Shown piece after piece: positions 56,258 through 64,000 of a stretch of 64,000 nt of DNA. The position numbers and the translations under genes are program-made. Position 1 is the stretch's first letter; each line of letters opens with the position of its first letter. This stretch comes from Thermofilaceae archaeon (lineage in GTDB: Archaea; Thermoproteota; Thermoprotei; Thermofilales; Thermofilaceae), in NCBI GenBank assembly GCA_025057995.1, contig JANXEW010000004.1:24801-88800 (forward strand), read 5' to 3'. The notes below the pieces were generated by a model. It was given only the letters and a program-made list of their open reading frames with translations. It was not told the DNA's origin and ran no database searches.

Positions 56258-57214
56258 ATGAAGCTTCCACAGCATGGATGGTTGAAGGTTCAGCTTCACT
56301 CTCATTCGACGCGCTCGGACGGCAGGCTGGAACCTCAGAAGGTTGTAGACTTTTACGCTAACGCAGGCTTCAGCGTAGTGTCTATCACCGACCACAACAA
56401 GATCACTCAGGTTTTACATCCCCACGTTTTGACTCCTCCAGGTCTTGAAGTAGCTGTCCGTGAAAATGGGGATGAATTCCATATAGTGGTCATAGGAGCT
56501 GAAGAGCTGCCGCCTATGGCTGTGCGGAGCAGCGTGTCCCATGTCTTCGAGTGGTGCCGAGACAACGATCTTTACGCGTTCCTGGCGCATCCATACTGGA
56601 GCATGCTCAACGCAGGCGACCTCTTGAATCTGAAGAGTTGCTACGGTGTCGAAGTCTACAACCACGGCTGTGAGGTGGAGATCAGTAGAGGATACTCTGG
56701 TCATCACTGGGACTATGTTCTCTCGAAGGGGCTTATGCTCCAGGGGTTGGCTGTCGACGACTCTCACACGTACACTGTCGACAGCCTCGGCGGGTGGTTG
56801 GAGGTGGACGCGGAAAGCCTCGACCCTGAAGCTGTCATCAAGGCTCTCAAGAGCGGGCACTTTTACGCTTCAAGTGGCGTAAAGGTCGAGTCGTTCGAGT
56901 GGGAGAACGGTTTTGTCCGCATTAAGACTTGTGGAGCGAACGTGGTAAAGCTCCTCTCGGGAAACACGAAGGGCGCATACTTGAGCTTCAACCTACTACG
57001 TAAGCTCGCTAACACAGAGGGATTGCCGCTCGATGTTGAGCTTTGGGAGGAAGGCTTCAGGATAAAATCAAGGGAAGTAACTGTTGAAGGGAAATTGAGA
57101 GCGAACCTCTTCGTAGAGGTGGTTATGCGCGGCCAAATCCCCGCACGAGGTTACGCGCGGTTAGAACTAATTGAAGGGCTTTGCTCCGCTTGGCTTAACC
57201 CTGTAAAGGTGTAA
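56258..57214 (+). CDS. PHP-domain metallohydrolase (CehA/McbA-like)
   Basis: HSHSTRSDG, ITDHN, AHPYW, EVYN, DDSH. Confidence 0.88.
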   Translation: MKLPQHGWLKVQLHSHSTRSDGRLEPQKVVDFYANAGFSVVSITDHNKITQVLHPHVLTPPGLEVAVRENGDEFHIVVIGAEELPPMAVRSSVSHVFEWCRDNDLYAFLAHPYWSMLNAGDLLNLKSCYGVEVYNHGCEVEISRGYSGHHWDYVLSKGLMLQGLAVDDSHTYTVDSLGGWLEVDAESLDPEAVIKALKSGHFYASSGVKVESFEWENGFVRIKTCGANVVKLLSGNTKGAYLSFNLLRKLANTEGLPLDVELWEEGFRIKSREVTVEGKLRANLFVEVVMRGQIPARGYARLELIEGLCSAWLNPVKV

Positions 57215-57218
57215 ACTG

Positions 57219-57929
57219 GTGTCGGCGGGTTTGGCTATAAGCGTTGACGTTTGGGATACTCTCCTCAGGCTGGACAGGTATTATGCGTGCTTGGCGGAAT
57301 CCATCTCACAGGTCACTGGGTTTAGCTCGAGGGACGTGCTCAATGCTCTTCAGAGTGCGCGAGCTAAAGTGAAACATCTCAGAGTTGCGGGCTCGATAGA
57401 TGTTAAACGAATTGTAGACCAGTGCTTGAGCCTACTAGCTGTAGAGTTGGCAACGACTCCTGAGGCGTTGAAGAGAGGGATAGCAAAGTCTACCTTAGAC
57501 ATAAGGCGGGAGGGACTCGTTTACGAGGATGCGGTGGAGGCTCTAAAACAGTTGCACAACGAGGGTATACCCGTGGTGGCTGTCAGCAACGTGATGTGGT
57601 GGCCTGGCTTTGTTACTCGTATTGTGGTCGAAAAAGCCGGGATCGGGTATCTGTTGGCCGCGCAACTGTACGCTGACGAGGTTGAAGCGCTTAAGCCTGA
57701 CCCGCTAGTCTTTCAGAAAGCTTCTGAAGCCTTAAAGATGGCTGGCTCTACTGTAGAGCTTAAGATTCACGTTGGTGACGACTTCCGTGAAGACTTCCTT
57801 GGAGCGATGTCAGCCGGCCTCAAGGGCGTGTTAGTGGATCGACGGGGGGAGTGGGAAGAGGGAGTTTATTTCAAGGGGAAAGGTTGCGTGATAAAGGACA
57901 TGCGTAAAATTCTCGATTTACTCACCTGA
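57219..57929 (+). CDS. HAD-superfamily hydrolase
   Basis: DVWDTL, VSN, KPDP..F, HVGD...D. Confidence 0.9.
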   Translation: MSAGLAISVDVWDTLLRLDRYYACLAESISQVTGFSSRDVLNALQSARAKVKHLRVAGSIDVKRIVDQCLSLLAVELATTPEALKRGIAKSTLDIRREGLVYEDAVEALKQLHNEGIPVVAVSNVMWWPGFVTRIVVEKAGIGYLLAAQLYADEVEALKPDPLVFQKASEALKMAGSTVELKIHVGDDFREDFLGAMSAGLKGVLVDRRGEWEEGVYFKGKGCVIKDMRKILDLLT

Positions 57930-57980
57930 ACCCGTTGATACTCAGAGGTTTTTACGCTCTAGTAGGGTAACACGTCCTTC

Positions 57981-58766
57981 TTACCCTGCAGAGAGCAGTG
58001 TGTCTAGTAAAAGCATACCGATGAAGCCTGCAAAGAAGCCTATGGTTGAAGGTTCATCGTGTTCATGGCCATAGATTTCAGGCACTACCTCGTGTACGAC
58101 GACATAGATCATTGCTCCAGCCGCTAGCGCGCTTGTGAAGGGTAGAGCTGCTTCCACGTGCTCCACTATAAGAGGGGGGATTAGGGCTGAGAGTGCCTCA
58201 GCGACGCCGCTCATGATGCCGACAGAGAACGCTAAGAGGCTTCCCTTGCCGGGAACAAGGGGTAGCGCGACCGCTAGACCTTCAGGCACATCCTGCATAC
58301 CAATCGCTAGAGCTATGACTAACCCGTCTGCGAGATTCCTTGTAGCAGCTGCTCCAACAGCCATCCCCTCAGGTATATTATGTACAACCATGGCTAACGC
58401 CACTAGTAGCTCCTTCTTAATCTGTTTGTGCGGCCCTTCCATACCCTTGACCCAGTGGAAGTGGGGTAGAGCAGCGTCAAAGCCCTTGATGAGAGCGGCA
58501 CCAAGGAGGAAGCCTAGCGTAGCTGACAAGGGTCCTCCGGATTCGACAGCTGGAATTAGGAGACTTGTGAAGGAGGCGACGAGCATCACGCCAGCTGCAA
58601 ACCCCATGCTAGTGTCCCTAGCCCTCTCGCTCATCTTAGAGCCTAGTAGAACCGGTATAGACCCGATTGCCGTCATAACCGCTGGTATCGAGCTGACGGC
58701 CAAGACCCTAAGAAGCAACGGAGCTTCTTCAAAGGTCTTAACTATGACCTCTGTCACCCAACCCAT
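57981..58766 (-). CDS. ZIP-family divalent metal transporter (GufA/ZupT-like)
   Basis: FAAGVML, HNIPEG, QDVPEG, AAGAMIYVV.HE. Confidence 0.93.
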   Translation of the reverse strand: MGWVTEVIVKTFEEAPLLLRVLAVSSIPAVMTAIGSIPVLLGSKMSERARDTSMGFAAGVMLVASFTSLLIPAVESGGPLSATLGFLLGAALIKGFDAALPHFHWVKGMEGPHKQIKKELLVALAMVVHNIPEGMAVGAAATRNLADGLVIALAIGMQDVPEGLAVALPLVPGKGSLLAFSVGIMSGVAEALSALIPPLIVEHVEAALPFTSALAAGAMIYVVVHEVVPEIYGHEHDEPSTIGFFAGFIGMLLLDTLLSAG

Positions 58767-58805
58767 GGCATCTCTCTCAGCTAATTCGGAAAAGTTTAAC
58801 GCTTG

Positions 58806-59378
58806 TTAAGCGAGTAAAGAGAACACCACCAGAGTAGTCGAAAAAGCTAGGAGAGCGCCGGCAATCAACTGCCTAAGATCGTGGGCTTTAAGTTCAAGAC
58901 GCGCCCACGCCACTGGGATTAAGAGAATGTAGAGGGGTGAAGTCTCTAGGCCTCTAACCAGCACTAGAGCTGTAGTGGGACCGGCTATGCCAGCCGCGTG
59001 AACGCTGATCTTCCACCGGGCGAAAACAGTTACAGCTGCCAGCCCCGCACTACTTAACATATAGGAGAGGGAGAGTACGGCATAGATCCAGTAGCCGCGC
59101 CAGAGCGAGTAAAGGATGCCTGAGGCATAGGATAGAATACTGATGAGATAGTACTTCCAACGCTTTTCTCGATTAGAGACGAAAATGTCAACCTTCTGCT
59201 TACCTGAGTCAATTATTATTGGCAAGAGAGGTAGCGCCGTTTGCGTAAGAATAAGTACGAACAACGCTTCGAACCCACCTAAGTTAGCTTTATGCCATAT
59301 TAGCAGGGCTATAAACCCACCATATAGTTGAGGCGCTGTTAACAGAGATATAGCTTGAGCCACTTTCCGCTTAAGCAC
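58806..59378 (-). CDS. Membrane protein, PAP2-like
   Basis: About 6 TMs; WKISVHA and WAR...KAH...Q..AG motifs. Confidence 0.65.
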   Translation of the reverse strand: MLKRKVAQAISLLTAPQLYGGFIALLIWHKANLGGFEALFVLILTQTALPLLPIIIDSGKQKVDIFVSNREKRWKYYLISILSYASGILYSLWRGYWIYAVLSLSYMLSSAGLAAVTVFARWKISVHAAGIAGPTTALVLVRGLETSPLYILLIPVAWARLELKAHDLRQLIAGALLAFSTTLVVFSLLA

Positions 59379-59434
59379 AAGCGGGTAGAGGCGGAGAGGC
59401 TAAGAGGATTTCGCAACCTGCTACCTTTAAGGGT

Positions 59435-60679
59435 TTAACGCTTCAACTTACTAGCTTTTACAGTTAAAAGGATCACGCCGATGTCTATAATGAGAGGAGC
59501 TAGGAGTGTAAAATCTTTGTAGCCTGACTCCCATAATACTCCACCCACGACAGGGGCTACAGCTGCGATCAGTCCGGCTAACAGGTTAGAGGTTGCTAGC
59601 CAAGACCCCCTCAGATCAGGTTCTGGAGCTTCCCAGAATGCGGTGATGAAGGGTATGAAGCTAACGCTTCCAGCGCCATACATGAAGCCGAAAGCTCCAG
59701 TAATTCCAGCGAAGACTAGAGCTCTAGGGTCATCTATGAAAGCCATAACAATCGTGCCAACGTAAAGCAGCGTGCGCGTCGTAATGAATACCTTTAACCA
59801 ACCAAACTTATCGGCTAGTGCGCCAGCTACAGTTGAGAACAGGACAAGCACGGCAAGACCAACTGTGTTCATCAGACCTATAGTGTAGGGGTCTGCGTGT
59901 CGAACTTCAACAAGCCATAGGGGAAGGTAGGAGAACGAGACGCTCATGGAGAATCGTAAAAAAGTCACGGCGAGTATCCAGATCATGTAATCCCCTCTCG
60001 AGAGAACGACCTTAAATCCTCTAAGTATAGAAGAGACGCTCGAGTTCGATCCACTCGAACCTCTTCTACCAGTGTCCTCAAGCGCGAGAGCTACAAGAGC
60101 TGCACTTAAAAGGGCTGCGAAAAGCTGGACATAGAAAATCGGGCGTATGCCCTCCACTGTTAAACCGCCGAAGGTTACGACTAACATTGTTGCCACGGGC
60201 GGTGAAAAAGAGCTAAATATGCTCCAGACTGAGCGTGACATCCCCATCGCCTTAGCCCTTGAGCCGCTGGAAGTGGTTTCAACAATTATTATATCGGATA
60301 TTGGAAAAACGAGAGTGGGTACGACCGATAGAAGGACAGTGGCTGGCAGTAGAAGAAGCCAGTTTACAGCCAGAGCATATATAAGAGCGGAAGCGGCGAA
60401 CAAGAGCAAACCGCAAAGCAAAGCTTTCTTTGTTCCGTACTTATCCATGAACCAACCTGCCGGTATAGCTGCTAAAGCTCCGATCAAGCTCCCTAGGCTG
60501 GAGAGAAGACCGAGTACCAACGGAGTGGCGCCAAGCAAAGCTGTGTAAAGCTGGCTATACGTAGCCGGTAGAGCGAAAGCCCAATTGAAAATACCAGTTG
60601 CGGCGATGAGAACTTTAAACCGTTTATCGAGCTTTGTTAGGAAGGGTTTTATAGCTGCGCGGACGTAGCGGAGAAGCAC
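59435..60679 (-). CDS. MFS transporter
   Basis: About 12 TMs; GWFMDKYGTK and GALADKFG motif A copies. Confidence 0.9.
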   Translation of the reverse strand: MLLRYVRAAIKPFLTKLDKRFKVLIAATGIFNWAFALPATYSQLYTALLGATPLVLGLLSSLGSLIGALAAIPAGWFMDKYGTKKALLCGLLLFAASALIYALAVNWLLLLPATVLLSVVPTLVFPISDIIIVETTSSGSRAKAMGMSRSVWSIFSSFSPPVATMLVVTFGGLTVEGIRPIFYVQLFAALLSAALVALALEDTGRRGSSGSNSSVSSILRGFKVVLSRGDYMIWILAVTFLRFSMSVSFSYLPLWLVEVRHADPYTIGLMNTVGLAVLVLFSTVAGALADKFGWLKVFITTRTLLYVGTIVMAFIDDPRALVFAGITGAFGFMYGAGSVSFIPFITAFWEAPEPDLRGSWLATSNLLAGLIAAVAPVVGGVLWESGYKDFTLLAPLIIDIGVILLTVKASKLKR

Positions 60680-60771
60680 GAACCTGCTTTACAAGCGTTC
60701 TAATAACGTTAACCTATTAACAACGCCGTTGGTTTGGAAAGGCATTTTTATCCATTCATTTAAGTGGATGC

Positions 60772-61635
60772 GTGAAAGAGTTTTGGGAGTTCATGGGCTT
60801 AAGCGGTAAGAGAGTAGCTGTCGTTCATCATGATGACCTTGGCATGTTTCACGCCCAGAACGACGCCTATCGAGCGCTTCCCTTTGCTACAGGATCGATT
60901 CTGGCGCCTGCGCCATGGGTACCCGACTTAATTGTAAACAAGAAGCCTGACGCGGATTTGGGAGTACACCTCACGTTGAACAGTGAGTGGTCACACTGCA
61001 GGATTAGACCACTTACTTGTGGTAGAAGCCTTAGGGATGAACAAGGCTACTTGTTCAAGTCTCTAGATGAGGCTTGGAGGAGTGTTAGAGTTGAAGAGGC
61101 CGAAGCTGAGTTTAGAGCTCAGATTGAGCAAGTTGCCAGGCTTGGCGTCGACGTGACTCATGTTGACACGCACATGGGCTCTATCGCACGCCCAGATCTC
61201 GCTGAAGTATACCTGAAGTTAGCCTGCGAGTATCGTTTGCCAGCTCTAATACTGGAAGACGTTGAAAATCTCGCCGTGCCAGCTGAATACAAGCGGAGTC
61301 TTAAGGCACTGGCGAACAAGGTCAGGATGCCGCGGTTGAGGCTTGCTGGAGTGCCTTACGTTAACTGGGATTTGGAAGCAAGGTGGCGCGCTTTCAGAGA
61401 CTTCCTGCTCGAAGCAGAACCTGGCGTGTATCACGTTGTTCATCACTCGTGTTTTTTCACTGACGAGACAAGAGATCTCCCCGACATTGGGATCAGAGAA
61501 GGGGATTACAAAATTCTCACAGATAGGGAGATAAGGAGAATCCTGGAAGAAAAATGGATCCTCATCACGTACAGAGAGATCCGAGACGCTTTCAGAAACT
61601 TCATGGGTAGTGAACCATGGATTGCTGAGAGCTAG
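60772..61635 (+). CDS. ChbG/YdjC-family carbohydrate deacetylase
   Basis: HHDDLG, GVHLTLNSEW, THVDTHMG. Confidence 0.9.
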   Translation: MKEFWEFMGLSGKRVAVVHHDDLGMFHAQNDAYRALPFATGSILAPAPWVPDLIVNKKPDADLGVHLTLNSEWSHCRIRPLTCGRSLRDEQGYLFKSLDEAWRSVRVEEAEAEFRAQIEQVARLGVDVTHVDTHMGSIARPDLAEVYLKLACEYRLPALILEDVENLAVPAEYKRSLKALANKVRMPRLRLAGVPYVNWDLEARWRAFRDFLLEAEPGVYHVVHHSCFFTDETRDLPDIGIREGDYKILTDREIRRILEEKWILITYREIRDAFRNFMGSEPWIAES

Positions 61636-63999
61636 TTAGGGTTTTGAAATCTCATACCATATCGTCCTGTACTCTGGTCCTATCTCGAACACCGTCCACT
61701 CGCCTTCCACGCGTGTCGCAACTTTCTTCATTCTCTTGCCAGTATTGTCGAGCGCCCAAACTTCACAACCTCCTTGAGCTTTGATTCGCACGCGGGCTTT
61801 CACACCTTCTACGACTGTAGGAGAGGACCCCCAACTGCCCGCTGAAGTGACAGCTCCGTTAAACCGTTCGAACTCTAAGGTGTAACCTTCTTTAGTCTCC
61901 TGAACCTTTGAAACCACCATCCCTGTATCGTACCTTCTTACCACCATGTTCCTGTTGGCTGTGTAGCCGAGTGCTATGAAGAGCATCCTATTTGAAGAGT
62001 CTAATGGTCTGTCGTCTACTGAGGTTAACCCTAACACACTGAAACCGTTTAAGAGCGAGTTCCCTGGCTCTACTACAACGCTACCAAAGTCGAAAGTCCT
62101 ATTGGCTCCAAAGCCCACTATGGCTACAGTTTTTGAAGAATTTATCATAATCACGCACCTACCTTTAATACTACAATCCCATATAACGTGGCCGTTATCA
62201 GACCTGTAAACGGGCCCCTTTTCCTCCACCTCAGCTTTCTTAACTGTTTCCTCACCGAGTTGAAGAGCAAACCTGTGTATAAGAGGTGTCACAGGATTCC
62301 ATCCGAGGTGATTGGCACCGGGCAGGTTCCACGCGCTAAGCTTACCGCGGACGAGTAAGTCGAGCTCAACTTCGCGATTTATCGTTAAAGTGACGAGCTT
62401 AGAAGCGGGTTGAACGTCACCCCTCAGGTATATCGCGTGGGCTAGTAGGAGTGAAGCCATCTTAGCAGGGTGTTGGTCTACGTCAAAATACCCCCTAATC
62501 CTTCTCGCGTCCCTCGGGGATCCACCGTAGTCGAAAGCGTAGATACCGTCCCAATCCTGTAGCGCAGCGTAAGCTGATAAAATAAGATACGTCTCAGCGT
62601 CATAAACGTTGGGGGCGGGGTGGTTGTACTCCGTCACCGTGAAAGGCTTCCCTAAAACTCTTCTAGAGGCGAGCCACGTTATCGTATTTTCTCTAGGTTG
62701 GTTGACCATGGGTTCATTTACCACATACCAGTTTTGAGGGTCCCAGGGCGTGCCGGGGAATATCGGGTGCTGCCAGTAGGCATGAGTGTCAACTGCGTCG
62801 AGCTCGGACATTATAACGGGAGTGCTACAGCCGGCTATGGTCCCTATGATTAACGCCTTAACTCCCAAGCTCCTCAAGTAATCGTACATTTCTACGAAGT
62901 AACTTCTCTCAGTCTCCCAGAGAAACTCCGACCAGTCCTTCCTAGCCTCTAAGGGTCTACCGAAAAAGTCTTTGGGAGATAAGATCCTTACGGTACCAGC
63001 TTCAAGGCTTTCATCTTCATTTAAACCCGCGCCCTGAAAGCGTCTCATTGTAAAGTTAGCGAAATAATATATGGTCTCTAAAGCTCCTAGATTTGAAATA
63101 TCAAGCCTAGCGTTTTCATCAGATGCTGTGACTCCCAATACAACCTCGTATGTGTTCCATTCAGGTGTTAGCTTGATCGATACAACTTGTGAGATAGCGT
63201 GCCAGGGGTCGTGGGCTTGACGCAAGCAGACGGTAACCCAGGCCTCAGAGTCCGCTTTCGCCATGAAACGTACAAGGTAGGTTTCCTCCTCCGCGACTTT
63301 TAACTGCGGGTAGTTGAACTGGACGTGCCAGCCGGCACCCCCTTTCCTTATGACCCGTATCCTTAAAACCTTCATACCATTCACTTCAATTATGTCATGG
63401 CTCGACTGAGCCGTGCTATGCCTCTCTACGACCCAGCCAGTTAAACCACGCTCGAACCTCGGGTTGGCTAAAACTTCCTCCCCCAGCCGGGTCTCTCCCC
63501 CCCAAGCTTGGACAAGTTTCTCTGTGCTACCGTACTTCGTCTTGAGCCAGCGGTTCCACTTCTCAGCTAGACGTTGTCTAAATGTCTCAGGTAGCCTATC
63601 TATTACCCCGTCGAGCCAGGAGTGTATCAAACCTTGCTCGTTAACGATTTCAACGAAAGCCACCGCAGGCTCCTCCGCGTAACTTGTATTCGTATATGGG
63701 TTCCTATGAGTTAAGAGTTGTCTCGCGTACTCTTTGTGGAGCTCTTTTACCTCGTCGTCGAAAAAGCCAAGCACCTGCTGGTCCTTCCAGTCTACTCTCT
63801 CGATCTCGACGGGCAAGTTGTCAGCAGAGGTAAGCCTTCTCGAAACAAGAAGGTTGAGGTTCACGTAGATCCCGTTCTCCTTGAGTTTTGCTATTAGGTA
63901 ATCTAACCTGTCTAGCGCGGCTGGGTTGAGGCGTCTTGTGCCTGGCTGTTGGAAGATGTTGAAGCTCTCCCAAGCCGCGTCCATGTGGTGGAAACGGAC
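61636..63999 (-). CDS. GH5-like (clan GH-A) glycoside hydrolase with inserted CBM4/9; 5'-truncated by the window edge
   Basis: Frame open to the window end (VRFHHMD...), LDRLDYLIA.LK..GIY, NPYT, EIVNE acid/base, CBM4_9-like insert (NPRFERG...WHVQF), HAYWQHP, TVTEY nucleophile. Confidence 0.82.
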   Translation of the reverse strand, partial: VRFHHMDAAWESFNIFQQPGTRRLNPAALDRLDYLIAKLKENGIYVNLNLLVSRRLTSADNLPVEIERVDWKDQQVLGFFDDEVKELHKEYARQLLTHRNPYTNTSYAEEPAVAFVEIVNEQGLIHSWLDGVIDRLPETFRQRLAEKWNRWLKTKYGSTEKLVQAWGGETRLGEEVLANPRFERGLTGWVVERHSTAQSSHDIIEVNGMKVLRIRVIRKGGAGWHVQFNYPQLKVAEEETYLVRFMAKADSEAWVTVCLRQAHDPWHAISQVVSIKLTPEWNTYEVVLGVTASDENARLDISNLGALETIYYFANFTMRRFQGAGLNEDESLEAGTVRILSPKDFFGRPLEARKDWSEFLWETERSYFVEMYDYLRSLGVKALIIGTIAGCSTPVIMSELDAVDTHAYWQHPIFPGTPWDPQNWYVVNEPMVNQPRENTITWLASRRVLGKPFTVTEYNHPAPNVYDAETYLILSAYAALQDWDGIYAFDYGGSPRDARRIRGYFDVDQHPAKMASLLLAHAIYLRGDVQPASKLVTLTINREVELDLLVRGKLSAWNLPGANHLGWNPVTPLIHRFALQLGEETVKKAEVEEKGPVYRSDNGHVIWDCSIKGRCVIMINSSKTVAIVGFGANRTFDFGSVVVEPGNSLLNGFSVLGLTSVDDRPLDSSNRMLFIALGYTANRNMVVRRYDTGMVVSKVQETKEGYTLEFERFNGAVTSAGSWGSSPTVVEGVKARVRIKAQGGCEVWALDNTGKRMKKVATRVEGEWTVFEIGPEYRTIWYEISKP

Positions 64000-64000
64000 G

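Noticed and set aside
58135..58809. 224-aa antisense ORF and other shadow ORFs (e.g. 7757-8206, 44796-45323, 56414-56860, 60147-60548)
   Set aside because: Antisense to or overlapping genes with clear family motifs, and have no motifs of their own
1..64000. CRISPR array, rRNA, IS elements
   Set aside because: No regularly spaced repeats, rRNA-like sequence, or cas/transposase ORFs seen by eye

Overview
Gene-dense, roughly 50% GC archaeal chromosome segment. Gene content, TATA-type promoters, BHB-spliced tRNA and the permuted initiator tRNA point to a hyperthermophilic Thermoproteota, most likely Thermofilaceae (inference). It carries about 58 CDS, dominated by glycan and peptide scavenging: GH99-like, GH3, GH20, GH4, GH123/DUF4091, a GH5-like enzyme with a CBM, a ChbG deacetylase, a fuculokinase-like kinase, MFS/ABC/ZIP/GDT1 transporters and peptidases. 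I found no CRISPR array, rRNA or recognisable mobile element. Highlights: (1) a circularly permuted tRNA-iMet(CAT) at 50537-50680 (-), joined by a complete BHB motif at 59/60 and carrying an extra 31-nt intron at 47/48; (2) a translationally coupled luxE-luxC-SDR operon (fatty-acid-reductase-like, no luciferase) with a convergent alpha/beta hydrolase; (3) a flavodoxin / HhH DNA glycosylase with a duplicated Cys cluster / radical SAM operon; (4) a CBS+HPF-like candidate ribosome hibernation factor; (5) a large surface protein with a bundling-pilin-like N-terminus; (6) a frameshifted nre gene and an AdoMetDC with a Met-Ser instead of Glu-Ser autocleavage site. All family calls come from motif recognition by eye, not database searches.
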